A DNA stretch of 64,000 nucleotides from Cladosporium halotolerans (lineage: Eukaryota): the NCBI RefSeq assembly GCF_011745625.1, contig NW_027191484.1, forward strand, positions 186,001 through 250,000. Reading direction: 5' to 3'. The stretch's first letter is position 1. Each line of letters begins with the position of its first letter. The notes under the pieces are model-generated. The model was not told where the DNA came from. It saw nothing but the letters and a program-made list of their open reading frames with translations, and made no database searches. The position numbers and the translations under genes are program-made. Positions 57,823-64,000 of this stretch are shown here, piece after piece.

Positions 57823-59067
57823 CTAGTGGCCATTGCCATTGACCACCTTCGCCCCCGTGACCGTCTTCTCAATCGCCTGCAGCACATCCTCCACCAAATC
57901 CTTCGAATCTTCCACACCGCACGAGATCCTCACCAGGTCGTCGAACACGCCCGCGATCTCGCGCTGCTCCTTCGGGATGCCCGCGTGCGTCATCGAACCC
58001 GGCACCTCGACTAGCGACTCGACGCCGCCCAGCGACTCCGCGAGCGTGAAGATGCGCGTGTGCTGGCAGAAGCGCTCGGCGGCCTCCTTGCCGCCCTCGA
58101 TGCGGAAGCTCAGCATGCCGCCGCCGAGCCCGTCGCGGTGCTGCTTGAGCGCGATCTTGCGCTGCTTGTGGCTGTCGGAGCCCGGGTAGTTGACGAGGAG
58201 GACGTGCGGGTTTTCGAGCAGCGCGCGGGAGACGGCGGAGGCGTTCTTGGAGGCCTCGCGCGCGCGGAGGTGGAGGGTCTTCACGCCGCGGTGGGCCAGC
58301 CAGCAGTCGAAGGGGGAGGGGATGGCACCGATGGCGTTCTGGAGGAAGGAGAGGCGCTCGAGAAGCGCCGGGGAGTTGAAGGCGGCGACGCCCATGCAGA
58401 CGTCGGAGTGGCCGTTGATGTACTTTGTGACGGAGTGGACGACGATGTCGGCGCCGTGCTCGAGCGGGTTCTGGATGTAGGGGGAGAGGAAGGTGTTGTC
58501 GACGACGACGTGGATGCCGGAGCGGTGGGCGATGTCGGCGACGGCGCGGATGTCGACGAGCGAGAGGGTGGGGTTGGAGGGCGTCTCGATCCAGATGAGC
58601 TTGGTCTCGGGCTTGATCAGGGACTCGATGTCGACCTCGATGCTGGGCGTGAAGGTGACCTTGACGCCGTGCGCGGACGCGACCTTTGTGAAGTAGCGGT
58701 GGGTGCCACCGTAGACGTCGGAGACGGAAACGACATGGCTGCCGGCGGCCAGAGACTGGAGGATGACGGCGGTGGTAGCCGAGCCGGACGAGAAGGCCAG
58801 GGCGTGTCTTGCTCTTTCCAATGCGGCAATGCAGTTCTCGAAGTTGGTCCTGTTCGGGTTGGAGGATCGCGTGTATTCGTACTCGCCGACAGGCTTGCCG
58901 ACAGAGGTCTGCGCAAATGTGGTGGACAGAGAGATGGACTCAATGACGGCACCCGTAGCGGGGTCGTGGGGTGCGCCAGCGTGGACGGCGAGCGTGCCGA
59001 AGTTGTGAACGGGCGATGGCGCCCTCGGAGGGGTCTCAATAGAGCCTTCGTGCTGCGGGATGGTCAT
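57823..59067 (-). CDS. CYS3: Cystathionine gamma-lyase
   Basis: YEYTRSSNPNR, IETPSNP, VVDNTF, HSVTKYINGHSDV (PLP lysine) and LAESLGGVESL. Confidence 0.95.
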   Translation of the reverse strand: MTIPQHEGSIETPPRAPSPVHNFGTLAVHAGAPHDPATGAVIESISLSTTFAQTSVGKPVGEYEYTRSSNPNRTNFENCIAALERARHALAFSSGSATTAVILQSLAAGSHVVSVSDVYGGTHRYFTKVASAHGVKVTFTPSIEVDIESLIKPETKLIWIETPSNPTLSLVDIRAVADIAHRSGIHVVVDNTFLSPYIQNPLEHGADIVVHSVTKYINGHSDVCMGVAAFNSPALLERLSFLQNAIGAIPSPFDCWLAHRGVKTLHLRAREASKNASAVSRALLENPHVLLVNYPGSDSHKQRKIALKQHRDGLGGGMLSFRIEGGKEAAERFCQHTRIFTLAESLGGVESLVEVPGSMTHAGIPKEQREIAGVFDDLVRISCGVEDSKDLVEDVLQAIEKTVTGAKVVNGNGH

Positions 59068-59981
59068 TGCGGCGGTTGTCTGGCGATTAGGACAGGAGAC
59101 GTGGTGGAGAGGGATGGTTTGGTGGTATGCTGCGGTTCTTTGCTGAGTTCTCTACCTGGATGGGCGCGGGCACCCTAGGGCGGAGAAGGCCCGAGAACCT
59201 TAGGTAATTTTTGTAGGGTAATGGAAGTGTCTGAAGTGGAGCTGAGGGTGGGAGGAGACGACAGAAGAGAGAGGAGGCAGTACTTATGGCGGTGACGAGC
59301 TGCTATACGAGTGTCTGACAGCTTACAAACGGCGTTGGTGTGGTGGAAGAGACGAGATGTGCTACACGGCTGGTGTTGTTCTGCCCTCGTCGCGGCTCAG
59401 GGTCTGCGATCAACGCGATGGCCGATGGCGTGCTTCGGCCTCGCTTTGTTTTGTCAGCCCTAAGCCTGCCCTCTCAAAGCCGGCAACCTCTACTGGAAGA
59501 TCAACATCAAAGTATGGTAGATTGAATCCATAGCCGGCTCATTCGACTTATTCCCAGTGATCTGAATAAATGTGTCCCACAAATATCGCCGCGCAGGAAC
59601 AGGCGATCGTACCTGAGATCAAGACAGCCACAGACACGACCTTATTGGGCGCATCCTCTTGCGTGCTCGAGCGTGCATCTTGTGACAGAGGGGCCAGCTC
59701 GACCATCCCACGCATTGGTGCACCTCGGTTCAAGACGTAATCTGGAATTGAACTTTTTCGGCTTAAGGGATCTGAAACGGGTTCCGGCGGTGCAAAATTT
59801 CGAGCCAAGGGCGACGTAAGGGGTGTTTGTTATTGCACCAAATGTCATTCATCACTACCAAAGCTCTAATAAGAGTCGCTCAGGCTGGAAGGTAGGATAT
59901 GCATGTGATCTACCAGTCAACGGTGCTGTTTCCCGTGACCTTAGAGAATTCCTATGCAACATTGCTCTCCATAGCAATTAA

Positions 59982-61577
59982 TCACTCCTCTTCGTCCTCC
60001 TCCATGCCCATTCCCAAGCCACCCTTCTTGATTCTCAGATCCTCCTCCAGACTCCTGAGCTGCTTCATGGTCTTCTCGCGCAGCAGCTGGTTCTTCTGTC
60101 CTGCCAGCTTCTGCCGCTGGATTTCGACCTCGCGCTCCAGGTCGTGGATCTCCTCCATCTGCTGGTTGCGTTCAGCAGCTTTCATGGCCGCGTCCTCGTC
60201 CACGACATCAATGTCGTCATCATCTTCGTCCTCATCGCTCTCATCCTCGTCCGATGACTGAGCGGAAGTCTCCGCAGCAGCGGGCGTGGCGGCCACAGAA
60301 TCCAGGCCTGCTTGGACTTGCGCGAAGGAGGCGGAGCTGTCAGCAAGGTTGGCGGGAGAAGCAGTGGTGTCCTCTGCGGCGATCATCTGCGGCTCGGCCG
60401 CTTCGTTATCCAGGTCAAAGAGACCTTGAAGTTGTGCCTCGGCAGCGGCCTCGTCCATCTCCTCCAGCTGCTCTTCGTCGTAGCCGTCCTCGATGGTGGA
60501 GACTGCCTCGCCTTCAGCATCATCGTCGAAGTAGTTGTCGGGCTCCATGGAGCGCTCGAGTGATTCGCGGTTAAGGATTTCAAAGGTAGTTTCGCCGCCG
60601 TCGCGCTCCGCGCGCTCGTCATCTTCTAGTAATTTCTGCACCTCCTCTTCGATGTTGGCCGTGTCCTTGTAGCTGAGGCGCTTGCGGAAGCGGCGCTTGC
60701 GCACCCAGTGCATAGGCGGTGTAAGGCCGTGAGCGTACTGCATATTCGATGGGTTGACCGCCCCTCCTCGCGGTAGCGGCATGTTCTTAGCTTCTTCGTC
60801 GTTACTGCATCTCCCAATCACCAGCAGCATCTGATGAATATCGGCCACCTTCCACCAACCCTTCTTGTCCCAGCTCTTCATCGTCTCCACGATGCACGGC
60901 AGATCCACCAAAGCCGCCGCGTACATCCTTCCCTTAACCGTGACGACCGCTCTCCGGAGCTCGCGCTCCACAAACCTGATCGTCACATCCGCGCCGCCCT
61001 CCTTCAGAGGCAACCCTATCGTCTTATTGGTGATGGCATCTCTCAAGTAATCCGCGTCCTCGCCAGGCTCCATGCGCAGGATGAGCTGCTGCTCCGTCGC
61101 CGGGTCCTTCTCGCGATCGCTGTCCTCGCTGTCGTACGCATTGCCCGGTATCCTGTCCGGCACGCGGCCCTTCACATTCAGTCTCCTGAGGATGGGCGCG
61201 GACGGCTGCCGCTTTTGCTTCAGGCTGATGCGGGGCCCGTCGGACGTGGGCGTCGCGGGCGCAGCTTTCTTCGAGTTCTTGAGCACGAGGGAGGACTTGC
61301 GGCTCTCGGGCGCGGGGCGCTTGGCGACGGGCGTGATGGTGTCCTCGTCGTCGTCCTGGTCGGCGGCGCGCTTCTTTGCGCTGGGCTTGTTGCGCCGCTT
61401 GATGGAGTCCGTGGGCGGAGGCATCATGTCCGAAGAGGGCGCGGATGCAGAGGGCGTTGCAGGCTGGCTGCCCAGCTTGAGCTTCAAGCCACCACCGGGC
61501 GTCTGGGCGGAGGGTGTGGGAGGTTGACTTGGCTGGCTGGTGCCGCCGGTCTTCAGGTGTAGCTTGAGCGGCGCCAT
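59982..61577 (-). CDS. TAF7: TFIID subunit 7
   Basis: EQQLILRM, AALVDLPCIVETMKSWD, KVADIHQML and HGLTPPMHWVRKRRFRKR. Confidence 0.95.
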   Translation of the reverse strand: MAPLKLHLKTGGTSQPSQPPTPSAQTPGGGLKLKLGSQPATPSASAPSSDMMPPPTDSIKRRNKPSAKKRAADQDDDEDTITPVAKRPAPESRKSSLVLKNSKKAAPATPTSDGPRISLKQKRQPSAPILRRLNVKGRVPDRIPGNAYDSEDSDREKDPATEQQLILRMEPGEDADYLRDAITNKTIGLPLKEGGADVTIRFVERELRRAVVTVKGRMYAAALVDLPCIVETMKSWDKKGWWKVADIHQMLLVIGRCSNDEEAKNMPLPRGGAVNPSNMQYAHGLTPPMHWVRKRRFRKRLSYKDTANIEEEVQKLLEDDERAERDGGETTFEILNRESLERSMEPDNYFDDDAEGEAVSTIEDGYDEEQLEEMDEAAAEAQLQGLFDLDNEAAEPQMIAAEDTTASPANLADSSASFAQVQAGLDSVAATPAAAETSAQSSDEDESDEDEDDDDIDVVDEDAAMKAAERNQQMEEIHDLEREVEIQRQKLAGQKNQLLREKTMKQLRSLEEDLRIKKGGLGMGMEEDEEE

Positions 61578-62599
61578 GTTTGCTGGAGGCCGGCGTCAGG
61601 CCACGCGTGGAAGAATAAAGTCTTCGGTGGGGTGTGCCCGCTAGATCTAGGCCAGGCACAGAGGTGTTCGGTGACGGAGGTGGGGCAGGCCAATCGTGGC
61701 GGACGGCTGAGGTGAATGCAAGGTGGTGCGGCATGTGATTATTGAATTCAAGCGCGCGAGGCGGAGGCGGAGGTGGTGGAGTGACGATGGGCGCAGCAGC
61801 TCGTTGGCGCGTTCGCACCGGCCCGCACGCCGCCGCCCGCCGAACGATCCAGAGTGGTGGATCGTGCTGCGCCCGACTCCGCTCCTGTTGATGCTCTGAA
61901 GCTTCAGGAAACCTTGGACGAGGGATTGGTCATGCTGCTGGCGAGCAACGGCCGTGCAGCGGTGGACAGCGAATGCGTGCGTGTCACGGTCACAGTCGCA
62001 CCACAGCAGCACGCCGGATCCGATGGCCCGCCAGACCCCGTGTGGCAGTACCCTGGCTTCACGTGCGCGGCGTCCGTCAGCCGCAGGCATCTTCAGGCAA
62101 CCCAGCGTCGCCCGCCATTCCACAGCTCCACCCATCGGGGCGCAGTGCCGACAGGGCTGCGCGAACTCACCGCGACTCGGCCGCCTCCTCGCTGCCACAG
62201 CCCTCAGCTCACTGCTCAGACCGGCGGGCTGCAATGCCTTCCACTGCCCGGCGCCGACAGGGGTGCCGGCATGATCGCACTCTCGCCGTTGCTACTCTGC
62301 AGCCATCCCTTCTACCCGCCGCACGCTATGCGCTGTGGCATTGCTGGCATGCTTGTAACTTTCCGACATCTTGCGGTGACTCTCAACTCAACGTGCGGTA
62401 GGGCTGGCCTATACATTGACTGTCGTCTCGTCTCTCGTCTGTGTCGGTTGTTCTTGATCTCGTCCCACATAACTACCCACTTGGAGCCAACCTTACCTTC
62501 GCAGCTCTGCTTGACTTTCATCGACGAATCGTCAGTTGTAGTTGCATATCTCAGCTCTCAGCCCTACTTGCATCCCTTGTGTGCCTCGTTGTCTGAGGC

Positions 62600-63765
62600 A
62601 TGACCACAGCGATTCGCGCTCCAGCTTCCTTGCTGCGCGACTCGTCTATTATGCCCGGCCTGAGGATGGGTTTTGATTCGATGGCTGCGTGGGACAAGAC
62701 CTCGCTTGAATTTGATGATCACATCCTGAAGAGGTGCGTTCCTGCCGATTGTTCCCATGCACGTTCGTCGAGCTGACGCGAATCAGAGCACACACATCAA
62801 CAATCGCTCCCCGACATGTGAACAAGATCCAAGGTCGATCGTTTTCAGATCCAATCTACAAGCCGCCCTCCTTCAGAACAGCGACATCATCATGGAGCCC
62901 TCCCGCGTCCCCAACATCACCAATTTCGCCTTCATCAATACCCAGATCCATACCAACGACGGTCACCCCGCCTAGATCTCCCCAGGTCAACCCTTCAACC
63001 CGCGCTGCTCCCACCCTAACACCTCGAGAACGCCACTCCCTCGCCGCGAGACTCTACGCGGCCGCCTGCACCGGCGACCTCGCGCAAATCTCCATCCTCA
63101 TCTCCCTCGGCGCCCCCCTCAGCACCGCCACGCAAGTCAAAGGCCTCTACGAAGCCTTCAAGCCCGCGAAAAACGGCCACCTCTCCGCCCTCGCCGGCGC
63201 CGCCTCCCAAGGGCAAATCGCCGCAGCCCAAATCCTCCTCTCGCACGGCGCCGAAGTCAGCCCCAGCGTCGCGCAGTCTTCTTCTTCACCCCTGCACCAA
63301 GCCTGCCACGCCAACGACATCGCCATGGCCCGCTTCCTGCTCGCCGCGGGCGCCGACGTCGACGTCCAGAACTGCTACAACTCCACGCCGCTCATGTACG
63401 CCGTCAAGTACGGGTCCTCGGCGCTCGTCGCGCTCGTCCTGTCGTACTACCCTCGTCTGGAAACGACGGCTTTCATGGAGACGACGGCCGCGCATTGGGC
63501 GGTGTTTAATAGCCGGCCGGAGGCGCTGGCGCTGCTGCTGCGTGCGGGAGCGAACCCTGATGCGCGGATGGTCGATGGCAGCTCGCCGTTGCACTGTGCT
63601 GCTATGAGCGGGGCGCAGGATACGGCGGGGTTGTTGGTGGAGTTTGGTGCGGATGTGGTGTTGAGGGATGGGCAGGAGAGGACGCCGGGGGAGGTTGCGG
63701 TGTGTAATGGGAGAGGGGAGTTTGTTGAGATGCTGCAGAGAGTCGCGAGGGAGAAGAAGGCATGA
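62600..63765 (+). CDS. Ankyrin-repeat protein
   Basis: Exon 62600-62733, intron 62734-62786; repeats SPLHQAC, TPLMYAV, TAAHWAV and SPLHCAA. Confidence 0.85.
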
Positions 63766-63773
63766 GGAGATTA

Positions 63774-63888
63774 GACAGTGAGACTGCACGTTTTCACGAG
63801 GGACGATGGATGATTCACGGCAATGGAAAAAGGGAACTGGAGGGCTTTGACAATGAGACTGCATGCTTTCATGAGAGACGAAGGACGA
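63774..63888 (+). repeat. 40-bp imperfect direct repeat (75-bp period) just 3' of the ankyrin gene
   Basis: 63774-63813 versus 63849-63888, 33/40 identical. Confidence 0.75.
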
Positions 63889-64000
63889 ATTATGCACGAT
63901 TATAACCCCGGGATGTATGAGTATTTGGATTTTGGTTTTGGAGCGACAACGCAAAAAATACACCTTCTGAATTGAACTTGCTCATTCTGCAGTGTCTCTT

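Noticed and set aside
58060..59178. Long antisense ORFs (also 42841-44001, 45948-47057, 27433-28305, 20300-21181)
   Set aside because: Shadows of GC3-rich genes on the opposite strand.
59548..59808. Small ORF with a C-terminal hydrophobic stretch
   Set aside because: Non-ATG start as called, short, and no recognisable homology.

Overview
Eukaryotic genomic DNA from a filamentous ascomycete. The evidence is GT-AG introns with CTRAC branch sites, Zn2Cys6 factors and a Fot1/pogo transposon; a Dothideomycete origin is my inference only. Bases ~17-64 kb are a gene-dense core block: INCENP, an arylsulfotransferase-domain protein, an ABCA transporter, an AlkB-type dioxygenase, TAF3, an amino-acid permease, a PTH11-like receptor, MNN10, an F-box protein, a NUFIP1/Rsa1-like protein, RPC25, PP2A-B55/CDC55, complex I NDUFB10, CYS3, TAF7 and an ankyrin protein. 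Bases 1-16.5 kb look accessory and contain: (i) stand-alone NLR-type ankyrin genes; (ii) a 5.6-kb TA-flanked composite Fot1 element built from two inverted 5' ends (43-bp TIRs, 42/43 identical) that carries an intact DD35D transposase and a truncated Zn2Cys6 gene as cargo; (iii) a full-length Zn2Cys6 factor; (iv) a protein with CD38/ADP-ribosyl-cyclase (NADase) motifs; (v) a secreted, apparently ATPase-dead Hsp70-NBD-like protein. A duplicated ~220-bp non-coding module lies upstream of the last three genes. In the core block, the PP2A-B55 gene has two alternative first exons, and a perfect 13-bp antisense element could mask the internal splice donor. All family assignments come from motif recognition by eye; no searches were run.
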